From contig NW_003314304.1 in the NCBI RefSeq assembly GCF_000143415.4, positions 880,300 through 904,479 on the forward strand: a stretch of DNA of 24,180 nt. Reading direction: 5' to 3'. This DNA is from Selaginella moellendorffii. Taxonomy: Eukaryota > Plantae > Lycopodiophyta. Below are positions 1 to 9,893 of the stretch, one piece after another (position 1 is the first letter of the stretch; each line of letters starts with the position of its first letter). A program made the position numbers and the translations under genes. The notes beneath the pieces were generated by a model. It worked only from the letters and a program-made list of their open reading frames with translations, did not search any database and had not been told where the DNA came from.

Positions 1-262
1 TTGAGCAACCAAAAACTTTCATAATGATGCACGTGTTCCACTAGGTAATCTTGAAACAGAAAGGATATTTAAACTTTAGAAAGCATATTTATTTCAAACA
101 TTCATTCTACATTTATATATATAAATTCATATAAATATAATAGTTTTATAAAAAACAATTAAAAACACTATAAAAAAGTAAAACTTAATAGTATTCTCTT
201 AAAAAAAATTATATTTTAAATCATAATTTTGACTTAAATAATGTTAAAAAATGTTAATATAA

Positions 263-1450
263 GGAAATCGTAGGAATTATTTATTACAAAAATGTTTTTA
301 TGAGAAACTAATTTTCCTCTTTTTTTCTATATGGGAATCGATTTGCAGTTTCATTAATGTCAATCAGGTATATTATTGTAAGGATTACAGAGCTTGTTAG
401 AGAAATTTTTATAAGTACTGCAAGGTAGGTTTACCTTATAGTGCAATATTTCCATTAGGAGATAACAAAAGAGTTTTATTTACTTTTTATATTCACCCTA
501 ATAAAGTAGAAGAAATATTTTCTACATATTTAAACATGATTGATACTGTCTTTGGTAATACCATTTTAAGAGCATCACAAAGAATTCTTGGAAATGCCAA
601 TAGTGATACAGAAGAATTTTGTTCAGATGACTTTAAAGTAAGACTGGTTATTCAATTGAATATAAAGTTAAAAGAAAGACTTGGTTTAGAATTATAATTT
701 TAGATTTGCAAACATTAATATTCACATTAGAGATTTATATTATGAATCAGTACAAAAACTACATTATTTAGTTCACAATGTTCTTTTATCAAAAAAACGT
801 TAAAAAAAACTCAATTTACTCATCAAACAACAATTTAATTTTAATTATGCCACGTGATTGCAATTTAGTCATCTATTTTAAAAATGAACCTAAATGGTTT
901 ACTAAAACCAATGCTAATGGAGCATTTGGCAACTCATTTTACAAAGTGATAGAAATTTAGTTATATATAATGATTTTCAAAGCATTTGGAATAGTGACAC
1001 ATATGGATGTTTAATACCATCTTTTTTGTCTCTTCAAAATTATGCAAGTTAGTGCTTTAATAATATTCCAGTATCAACAAGAGATCAAATTACTACTTCA
1101 TGGCTTTAAATTCAGTAAATTGTGAGAGAAAGTAGTGTTATTTATAGTTTGGCCCATACATAACTTAATTTGGAAAGGATTTCAAAGTATTTGGAATATT
1201 GCAGAGTAGTTGGATGTTTAATACTAACATAGACGTCTAACAAGGATGGTAATGCTTGTATTTAAAAGCATTTACCAAGATTAAAGATCAATAAACCACT
1301 AATACTATATTAAACTACAAAAAAGTAATATAAAGCATCCATTACTACAACATTATTAGAAACAATTGATTGAATTTTTAAGATATTAATTTATTAAAAT
1401 TCAAATATTCCATCTAGATGCTGGTTGTCTTTGGCATGAAAGCATTGGAA
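263..1450 (+). pseudogene. Possible decayed coding relic, partly LRR-like
   Basis: Frame 263..697 has only one internal stop (TAG 398-400) over ~145 codons despite very AT-rich DNA. From ~900-1300 there are stop-riddled repeats resembling Cys-containing LRRs (MEHLATHFTK, SKHLE**HI-GCLI, SLAHT*LNLERISKYLEYCRVVGCLIL, KHLPRLKI). Confidence 0.3.
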
Positions 1451-1543
1451 AATAACATCATTCTTACCAATCTAGTTTTTTCTGGAGCGGTTTCAGATTC
1501 CAGAACGAGCACCCACTCATTCATAACGATACATTCCAGTCCA

Positions 1544-1728
1544 GTGCATGATCCTCGGCTTGCAGCTATGGTGGAGGCACGTTACTTGCCTGGTCGCTCT
1601 GGCAGCTTACTTGTAAACCAGCAGCCTCTCGGCCTAGCAGAGCAAACGCACCAAGTTGTGGTGTGTGAGAATCTCCATCATGAGCTTATCAGCGTAGCCA
1701 AGAGCTCGAGCCTCTTGATCGCGACCAT
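1544..1728 (-). pseudogene. Degenerate receptor-like protein kinase fragment
   Basis: The minus strand gives ordered kinase subdomain remnants: MVAIKRL (II), frameshift, HHNLVRLLC* (IV), ERLLVYK* (V), ARATRQVTCLHHSCKPRIMH (VIa). It has two stops, a frameshift and internal deletions. Confidence 0.7.
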
Positions 1729-2142
1729 GGAAACATGTGTTTCGAGGTCGCTTGTTTCTCTTGCAAGGTAATTTCACAGCTTGATAGCTCACGTCCAGTT
1801 CCCGCTCACTCCTTTTTGCAAGCCAACAAAACATGGATTAATCACAACAAGCACTTTTTTGGAAGAGAAGAAAATACGCACCTGTTTTTCTCCATGACCT
1901 ACACTTGCACTTGAAGCGCATTGTGGAGGCTTCCCATGTTCATGGGAAAAAGATGGATCCCGACCACACAGCCGACTCCGACTTGCGAGGGAGGGGCAAT
2001 TAGAAATAAAAACCATGAGCCAAGGCGTATATTAGATGGTATACATCCATGCATTTTATGCCATGCATGCGCTGGACACATCATGACCTGGTCTACTGGA
2101 TTGTTTACATTTGACATTCCATATTCTCAATCAACTTGAGGC

Positions 2143-2194
2143 CAAATTTGTTGACGCACGAACGCGCAAATTTGATAACCCACGAACGCGCAAA
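2143..2194 (+). repeat. Two-copy 24-nt tandem repeat upstream of the NLR, each copy giving a CGCG box
   Basis: caaatttgttgacgcacgaacgcg (2143-2166) and caaatttgataacccacgaacgcg (2167-2190), followed by caaa. Confidence 0.8.
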
Positions 2195-2321
2195 CGTGTT
2201 GCCTCATTCGAATTCGCATGTAAGTCTGGCATTAGCAAACATGTTGCATGGCGTAGTGATCTCTATCTGATATGCTTGTTATACAATATGCTCGTGTTGA
2301 TGAAACACAGGACTTGCAGTC

Positions 2322-5300
2322 ATGGCCAATGTTGATCCCACGGGTGTGTTGAGTGCGCTTGTTTCTGCAGCTGTCAACGAAGTGATTGGGCTCTCCAAGT
2401 CTGGCATTCATTGCAAGGAGAAGTGCAGCGATTTGGAGGATTCTTTGACCGAAGCATCAGCTCTGCTGGGTGAACTGAACAGGTATTCGGGCTCTTTGAG
2501 CTCCTCACATTTGAATACCTGGCTAAAAGCCCTCAAAACCAAGGTTGAAGAGGCTAAATCTCTTGTTCTTGAGTGCCAGTCCCTACAAAATCCCATTCTA
2601 GATTTCCCAAAGAGGTCGGTTGTGCTTCTCTTGAAATACTCTTGGCTGAGTTGTGACTTGTTGCAGGATAACACTTGCTACCAAGATTGACCAGTGCTCC
2701 AAGGCGATTCACGGGCACTTGGCTGCAGCTTCTCGGCATCTTGGCGTTGAGCTTCTGCAGAGAGTTGCATTGAAGAAGCAAAAGGAGGTGCCCTCTAATG
2801 TGGTTCCAAAGGAAGAACAGCATGTTGTTCCTCTGGATGAGCACATTTTTGGTATGGAAGAGATGCTGGAGCGGGTTGTATCAGACTTGCTGGGGTCCCC
2901 TGTAAGCAGCAAGTGGGTTGGAGTTCATGGAGTAGGAGGTGCTGGAAAAACACTCTTGGCCAAACGAGTATGTGAAAACCACCAAGTCAAGGAGCATTTC
3001 GATCCAGTTTTGTGGCTAACATTCGGTCAGACATGTCAGGTAACTCCTTAAGCTTATCATAGCTTCAAGCAATACATATATTGCTATGGTTGCATCTCCT
3101 CAGGTGGAAGCAAAACAAGCCGAACTTGCCAATCAAATCAGACTAGAAAGTCGGATTAGCAATGAAACACTGAGGAGGGGGCTTGCAGGAAAGAGGTGCT
3201 TGATGGTGTTGGATGATGTCTGGACATCTGGCGATCTTTTGGATCTGTTTGATGTGGTGCAAGAGAATGGAAGCAAGATCTTCATTACCACTCGAAAACT
3301 TGATGTGCTTGACAGCAGAGGTGCAATTAAAACCAAAATGGGGCTTTTGGGAAAGGAAGACAGTTTGAAATTGTTCACAGTCCATGCGTACCCAAACCAA
3401 AAATATGCTCAGAATCAAGTCAAGAAGATAGTAATGGAGCAAGTTGTGGAGAAGTGTGGGGGGCTTCCACTGGTGTTGAAGGTAATTGGCAGAAGAATGG
3501 CAGGCAAACAAGATTGGGACTTTGTTTTGGGAAAACTCAATGATCAACAACTTGCTACTCTTGATGAGGAACAACAGGTATTGCAGCGACTTAAGCTGGG
3601 GTATGATGCATTGTTACCTCTTGGCATCCAGCAGCACTTTCTCTTCTTTGCTGCATTTCCAGAAGACAGGCAAATTGGATTCTGGGATCTATTCAAGTGT
3701 TGGAAAGGGGAAGGGCTGGTTGCCAACGCAGCAGAGGCCGTGAATGTTTTAGAAAGGCTCAAGAATCACGCACTTATCACTGACGAAGAAGACTCTCCAG
3801 GTGGACGGTGGCTGGGGGATAAGAGGTACAGGATTCACGATGCGTTATTGGCTCTTGCTTTGCACATATTGGAACAAGAAGGCCCCAAGTGTTACTTCAA
3901 GGTTGGCTGCTCGAATGCTTGGGATGGCTTCACAAGTAACTACAGCAAGATTTCACTGGTAGGGTGTCGTCTACCTATAGGGAAGAACAGGGTCACAGTT
4001 TCAAGCACCACTTGCATGCTCCTGGATCAAAATTATTTCCATCTTACTTCATTGCCAAGCCTCTCTCTTTTCAAAAGCTTGAAGGTTTTGTGCTTGAGTC
4101 GCAGTGGAGTGGTAACCCTACCACATAGCATTGGAAAGCTCAAGAATTTACAGACTCTAGACTTGTCTTGGAATACATCACTCCAAAGCATTCCAGATTC
4201 GCTGGGAAAGTTGACCAACTTGTCATATCTGGACTTGGGGAATTGTCGGACACTCGAGACTTTCCCCGTGGATGCTTTGCTCAAACTCACCAACCTGGTC
4301 TATATAAATGGAGAGAACAACTTTGCAATGTGGACTTGCCACAGGTTGCATCATCGACTTTTCAAACATAAGAAATGCTTAAACAGGAGGTTTGGTCTCC
4401 ATCTAGATGGAATGTTTCAGGCATTGACAAAGTTGGAAGTGTTGATTATTCATACAATGTTAGCTGTGGAGCTACCTGCAAGCATAGGCGAACTGTCCAA
4501 TTTAAAAGAGCTGGAAATAAGGGGTCAGACGAGGGTAACATATGACAGCTTTCAATGCTTGACCAACCTTGAAAGTGTGAAACTGCAGGAATTGGATCTT
4601 CCATTGTCAGACTGGGATTGGAGCAGATTTCCAAGGTTGAGAACTTTGGAAGTGGGAGGCTTAAATGGGGAATGTGAGTTTAAAGTAACCTCCAGCATGG
4701 AGAACTTGCAAACCTTGGTTATAGGTTGGAATCACCACCTTGAGTGCCTTCCTTTCTTAACACAGGAAATGCTTCCCATGCTGACAAGCCTCTCCCTTTC
4801 GAATTGTGAAAATTTGACTGAGGTGCTTACCATTTCTCAATTGGCATCACTAAAGGACCTCAGCATCTGGATGTGTCCATCCTTGAAGGACTTGCCTATC
4901 TCGTTCCTTCCAAATCTAGATACACTTTATCTAAGTTCTTGCGACAAAGTGACCACACTCAACATATCCGAGTGCCCATCACTGAGACGTGTTAAAATCG
5001 ATAGCTTCGGCATGCTTGCCTGTGTTGCATTTGGTGGCAAGTTCCCACGACTTCAAGAAATATTCCTCGAAGGATTTGAAAATCTCCCACATGTCTCTCT
5101 AGGTGCCATGGATGCGTTCCCACAGCTGACACGGTTGGAAATAGAGAGCTGTGGTATTCACCAGCTACCAGAATGGTACACTTCATTCACAAAGTTGAGA
5201 GCTCTGAATTTAAGGCATCTGGAAAATTTGGATGTGATACCTGATGGTGTTGCAAGGCTTCCTTTGCTAAGAGAGCTTGATCTGATGGGTTGCAGGAAGA

Positions 5301-5467
5301 TCAGCATGTTACCCTCTGCAGATTCTGAGGACAGCTCCTTTTATCCATCCTTGGAGTACTTAACCTTGACTGGCACGTCTGTCTCTCAGGAGCACCTCTC
5401 GCAACGCCTTCTAAAAGTTGTACGAAATGGACAGAAGTTACCAGATAATATCGATGACTTTGCTTGA
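2322..5467 (+). CDS. NLR (NB-ARC-LRR) immune receptor with RPW8/Cbl-N-like four-helix N-terminal domain; join(2322..2614,2667..3039,3104..5467), 1009 aa
   Basis: GT-AG introns 2615-2666 (phase 2) and 3040-3103 (phase 0) join three ORFs in frame. Motifs: P-loop GVGGAGKT, kinase-2 LMVLDDVW, RNBS-B GSKIFITTR, GLPL, RNBS-D-like FLFFAAFPED, MHD as IHD, then many LxxLxLxxC LRRs. Confidence 0.93.
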
Positions 5468-5490
5468 AGTTTATGAAAGTTGACAGTGTG

Positions 5491-7080
5491 TCATCTATGG
5501 TGTAGAGGGCGATCCAAAGAGTCTGGAAATCCAGCGATCATGACATATGGAACACATTCCCCAGGCCGTAGCTGTGATGCTTTCTCCGCCGCCAAGGCAC
5601 CTAGGCCGGGATCGTTGTGAATCTTGCACGCATTCAGCAGTGCAATCCACATAGAATCGATGGGCAAGCACGGCATCCTCTCAGCCAAATCTTCGATTTC
5701 CTGGAGCAATCCCGCGCGGCCGAGCATGTCCGCAACGCAACTATAGTGCATGGGCGATGGAGTGAGAGAGTGATCCACCGCCATAGCCGCAAAGTAGTCC
5801 AGGCCCAACCGGATCAGCCCACCATGGCTACACGCGCTCAGCAGCGTCGTGAACATCGCCCCATCCGGTTCTATGCGTCCTTCCAGTTCCAAGGTCCGGA
5901 ACAGGTGGACTGCCTCAAGTGGGTATCCATTCCTCGAGTATGCCTCCATGAGAACCGTGCATGGCTCTAAGTGTCTCTCAGGGAGATTCTCTAGCACGGC
6001 TCTTGCTCTGGAAAGATTCCCCGCTTTTCCATAGCCTTCGATCACGGCCGTTGCCGAGAGTGAATCGTAGCGTGGCAGTTTTGCCAGCATTGCCTGGGCT
6101 ACTGACGGATGCCCGCTTTGGGCATATGCCTGGAGGAGGATTGTCCACGAGACAATGTCTCTGGCGTGCATTCCATCGAAGATGTGTTTTAGCTCGTGAA
6201 GATTTTGGGTCTGTGATTTTGAGCAAGCTGTGACGATGGCGTTGCATGAGACGAGATCGTGCTGCGGCATTTTGTCGAATACAATGCGTGCGTTTTTATA
6301 ATCCCCTCCCTGGTCATACGCTGTTAGTAACGCCGTCATGGAGATTATGGATCGCTCTCTCATCTTTTCAAACACGAACTTTGCCTGTGTGGCCATGGCG
6401 GCTTGGCTGTAGGCGTGGAGCAGTGGATTCATCGCCGAAGAGCCCAGCATTGGCATTTTGTCTAGAATTTCTGACGCTGTTTCTAAATGCCCATTAAAGG
6501 CATTTGCAGAAACCAGAGCATTCCAAGCCACGGAGTCCTTCGTTTGCATACCGTCAAAAACTTTTATTGCGGATTCCAAATATTGTCTATCGGAAAACGC
6601 TTTGATAAGAATCGTTCCTGAAAATACGTCTGGAACCAACATCTTGTCGTAGAGTTCCTTTGCTTCCTGCAAATGCCCTATTCTGGCATATGCATTGAGC
6701 ATGACACTCCAGGTAAAGGATGGTTTTTGCGTCAGAGAATCAAACACCTCCCTCGCCAAGTTGACATTCCCGTTGTGGGCATACGCACTGAGCAGCGCCA
6801 GCCGCGAAGAATCATCCCGCGGCTCGTCAATTCCCTCATAAACAATCTCCGCCTCACGCAAGCTCCCGACTCTCCCATACATTTGCACCAGCAAATTCGC
6901 GAGAAATCGGTTGCCCCTGTGCCCTGCCGCGACGATCTCGCGGTGAATCCCTCGCACTTGCGACAAATCCCGGCACTGGCGCAGTCGCTCAACGCAGGAT
7001 TCGAAATTAAAACCCCGCGAAGAAGAAGAAGAAGAAGAAGCTAGCTTTGATTTGATCCACTCTGCGCGAACCCTCCTCAT
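5491..7080 (-). CDS. PLS-class PPR protein (S/SS array, P2-L2-S2-E1, truncated E2), 529 aa
   Basis: Intronless ORF with ~31-aa repeats (..FDKMP.D.VSW..), then LLSACSHGGL, HYSCVADMLGRAG and WIALLNACKIH. No PG box or DYW. The Arg/Ser-rich N-terminus is compatible with organelle targeting. Confidence 0.93.
   Translation of the reverse strand: MRRVRAEWIKSKLASSSSSSSRGFNFESCVERLRQCRDLSQVRGIHREIVAAGHRGNRFLANLLVQMYGRVGSLREAEIVYEGIDEPRDDSSRLALLSAYAHNGNVNLAREVFDSLTQKPSFTWSVMLNAYARIGHLQEAKELYDKMLVPDVFSGTILIKAFSDRQYLESAIKVFDGMQTKDSVAWNALVSANAFNGHLETASEILDKMPMLGSSAMNPLLHAYSQAAMATQAKFVFEKMRERSIISMTALLTAYDQGGDYKNARIVFDKMPQHDLVSCNAIVTACSKSQTQNLHELKHIFDGMHARDIVSWTILLQAYAQSGHPSVAQAMLAKLPRYDSLSATAVIEGYGKAGNLSRARAVLENLPERHLEPCTVLMEAYSRNGYPLEAVHLFRTLELEGRIEPDGAMFTTLLSACSHGGLIRLGLDYFAAMAVDHSLTPSPMHYSCVADMLGRAGLLQEIEDLAERMPCLPIDSMWIALLNACKIHNDPGLGALAAEKASQLRPGECVPYVMIAGFPDSLDRPLHHR
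7019..7040. repeat. (GAA)n microsatellite encoding poly-Ser in the PPR N-terminus
   Basis: gaagaagaagaagaagaagaag gives SSSSSSS on the minus strand. Confidence 0.9.
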
Positions 7081-7408
7081 GCGCCAGGCATCTTTCCCCT
7101 GCCCGGAAAAATCCCTCTCTGGAGCTCACGAGAATCGAACGCGCGCGTGTGGCGAGTCCCCATTCGCGGTACAGTCGGCCAAATGGTACTACCGATATTC
7201 GCGCAATTTGCTCACTCTCTCTCTCTCGCATTGCTCGCTCGCTCGATCGGCGCGCACTCATACAATTACGCTGGCTGGTCGATCCGATCGGTGTCAGAAA
7301 TTAGGAGCGATCGAGCCACGAGCGCTATAAAACCCCAGCGTTTGCTTCCTTCTTTCCATCGCTCACTGGGATTCGCGTTCGCCCCTTTCTTCCTCCTCTT
7401 CCTCGTCC
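7081..7408. promoter_or_regulatory. Divergent intergenic promoter between PPR (-) and nsLTP (+)
   Basis: 328 nt between opposing start codons; TATAAAA at 7326-7332 ahead of a pyrimidine-rich LTP leader; (CT)n tract at ~7215-7227. Confidence 0.6.
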
Positions 7409-7823
7409 ATGGCGATCAAGTTCGCGCTCGTGTTCTTCTTCCTCGTCGCCGCGATCGTGCTCGCCGATCGCGCCAGTGGCGCCTGCGATGCCACCAACAA
7501 CATGGGCAAGCTTCTTCCCTGCCGCCAAGCTGCTGTCAAGAACGGGAAGGATCCCAAGCAGCTCGCGGGGTGCTGCGATGCCGTGAAGCCCTTCAGCGGC
7601 AGCAAGGACGCCGCGGATTGCCTGTGCCAGAGCCTCCTCGCCGCGCAGAAGGTGGACAAGACTGTGGATCTTCACTCGGCGATCGCGATTCCAGCCAAGT
7701 GTGGCATCCCCGTCCAGGCCAATCTCAAATGCAACGGTAAATCCATGCGATTCTTCTCGAGCTGGGTGTTTGTTTGATCGTTCTTGTGATTGTCTTGCAG
7801 GAATGGCGGTTCCACAGCACTGA
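7409..7823 (+). CDS. Non-specific lipid transfer protein (8-Cys motif, type D-like); join(7409..7736,7801..7823), 116 aa
   Basis: Signal peptide, then C-X11-C-X16-CC-X14-CLC-X24-C-X9-C. A GT-AG intron (7737-7800) starts 4 nt after the 8th Cys codon. Short tail NGMAVPQH with no GPI signal. Confidence 0.92.
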
Positions 7824-8030
7824 AAATGGATCAAATCGATGCGCCCAGTGATGCGCAGCGCTTGTCTTAGCTTGTGCTTAGTTGTGATCTATGTAGCTGC
7901 CGCACCCAATGTGGTGGGCTGGTTCTATAACGCCTTCTGCGTGATGCGCGTTCTCTGAATCAATCAATCAATCTCTTCTTCTTCCAAGACTCTCGAGCGA
8001 TCAATCCTCAAGAGCCCTAGAAACAGGGGA

Positions 8031-9827
8031 ATGACCCAATGTGCTCTTTTTCTCATCTTCGTGAGCACCCAAATTTCAGTCCCCAGCCCCGGCGCCATCG
8101 CCAGGAGGAAACAGCGCCAGGAGCAGGATTTCTTTGCGGATCTCCTCCGGTCCTGCACTGGAATCGACGATCTCGACCGCGGCAAGCAGATCCACGCTCG
8201 AATTCTCGGCACCCAGCACGGCAGCAACAGATTTCTCGCCAACACGCTGGTCGAGATGTATGGGAAATGCGGCAGCATGGAGGACGCGAAGATGGTCTTC
8301 CATGGGATTGAAGACCCCAATTTGTTCTCGTGGAGCATTCTCCTTGTGGGATATGCCCAGAATGGGTATCTGGAAGATGCGGAGAAAATATTCGCTGCCA
8401 TGCCCGAGAGAAATGTTGTGGCGTGGACGGCGATGCTGGCAATGCATGCCCAGGCGGCCAATCTCGAGGAGGCTAAAAGACTATTCGACGCCATGCCCGA
8501 GCAAAACGATGTGTCCAAGAACACGATGCTTGCAGCGTATGCGCAGAATGGGCATCTGGAAAAGGCGAGACTACTCTTTGACGGCATGGGCGATCGAAAC
8601 GTAGTCTCCTGGACGATTATGGTCAGCGCCTACGGGCAGAATGGGCTAGTCAATGAGGCGAGGACTCTATTTGACCGAATGCCTACGCGCGGTGTGGTTG
8701 CATGGAACGCTCTCCTTACAGCAAATGCCAGGCTTGGGCATCTTGAGGAAGCAAAGAAGCTTTTTGATTTAATGCCCGAGTGGAATGTGATCTCCTGGAC
8801 GGCCATGGTTGAGGCGTTTGCTCGCGATGGCTACCTCAAGCAGGCTAGGCAGGTGTTTGATCGTATGAAAGAGCGAAATCTCGTTTCCTGGACCGCGATC
8901 TTGAGCGGCTATGCGCAGAGTGGAATGATTGAAGAAACGAAATGCTTCTTTGACAGGAGTCCCGAGCAAAACATCTTCACCTGGAATTCACTGCTAGCCG
9001 CATTTGCGCTCCACGGCTTTCTCGTCGAGGCACAGCAATTTTTCGATCTCAAAATGGTGGAGCATGATCTGGTTTCCTGGAACACCATGATCACTGGCTA
9101 TGCTCAAGCAGGGTATATGCAAGAAGCGGTATCTCTCTTCAACCGGATGCCGTCCAAAGACGCAGTGACATGGACGGCTATGATTACCGGGCATGCGCAG
9201 CTTATGCAGCACCACGAAGCCCAAAGAGTCTTTCGACTAATGCCCGAGAGAGACGTTCTCTCGTGGTCTGCAATGGTAGGAGTGAATGCCCAGAACGGGC
9301 ATTTGGAAGAATCGCGGAGAATTTTCGATGAAATGCCCTTCCGGGACGTTGTTTGCTGGAACTCGATGATCTCGTCGTACGCGGGGTCGGGCCGTGGAGA
9401 GGAATCGCTCGAGGTTTTCCATTTGATGGATCTGGATGGCACGAAACCCGATCACGTAACGTTCTCCAGCATCCTCACCGCGTGTAGCCATCTCGGACTC
9501 TTAAACTCCGGGTGGCGGATGTTCGTGGTCTTGGCGGTGGATCACGGCGTCCCGCCGCGGCAGGAGCACTACGCGAGCATGATCGATATCTTGGCCCGGC
9601 TGGGAAAGCTGGGCGAGGCGGAGGAGCTCGTCAAGAGCATGCCTTTCGTGCCAGATCTCCAAGAGTGGGCGACTTTGCTTGGAGCTTCCAGAGTCCATCG
9701 CAACAAGAAACTGGGGATGGAGGCGGCCAAGTCGGCGATCCATCTCGGCACCAAAACCTCGTCCACGTTTGTGCTCCTGTCGGATATGTACAAGGAAGAT
9801 CGATCGCTGCGAAGACTAGCAACTTAG
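8031..9827 (+). CDS. PLS-class PPR protein (12 tandem S/SS motifs, P2-L2-S2-E1, truncated E2), 598 aa
   Basis: Intronless ORF with very regular 31-aa repeats, ILTACSHLGL, HYASMIDILARLG and WATLLGASRVH. It ends shortly after TFVLLSDMY. Confidence 0.95.
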   Translation: MTQCALFLIFVSTQISVPSPGAIARRKQRQEQDFFADLLRSCTGIDDLDRGKQIHARILGTQHGSNRFLANTLVEMYGKCGSMEDAKMVFHGIEDPNLFSWSILLVGYAQNGYLEDAEKIFAAMPERNVVAWTAMLAMHAQAANLEEAKRLFDAMPEQNDVSKNTMLAAYAQNGHLEKARLLFDGMGDRNVVSWTIMVSAYGQNGLVNEARTLFDRMPTRGVVAWNALLTANARLGHLEEAKKLFDLMPEWNVISWTAMVEAFARDGYLKQARQVFDRMKERNLVSWTAILSGYAQSGMIEETKCFFDRSPEQNIFTWNSLLAAFALHGFLVEAQQFFDLKMVEHDLVSWNTMITGYAQAGYMQEAVSLFNRMPSKDAVTWTAMITGHAQLMQHHEAQRVFRLMPERDVLSWSAMVGVNAQNGHLEESRRIFDEMPFRDVVCWNSMISSYAGSGRGEESLEVFHLMDLDGTKPDHVTFSSILTACSHLGLLNSGWRMFVVLAVDHGVPPRQEHYASMIDILARLGKLGEAEELVKSMPFVPDLQEWATLLGASRVHRNKKLGMEAAKSAIHLGTKTSSTFVLLSDMYKEDRSLRRLAT

Positions 9828-9893
9828 AGGATAGTTTATATCGGACGATCTTTTCTTTCCAACATTCTGGGAGCTGAGATCGCAGCTTGCGAT

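Noticed and set aside
1418-1771. 117-aa plus-strand ORF
   Set aside because: No recognisable motifs; it is the antisense of the kinase relic.
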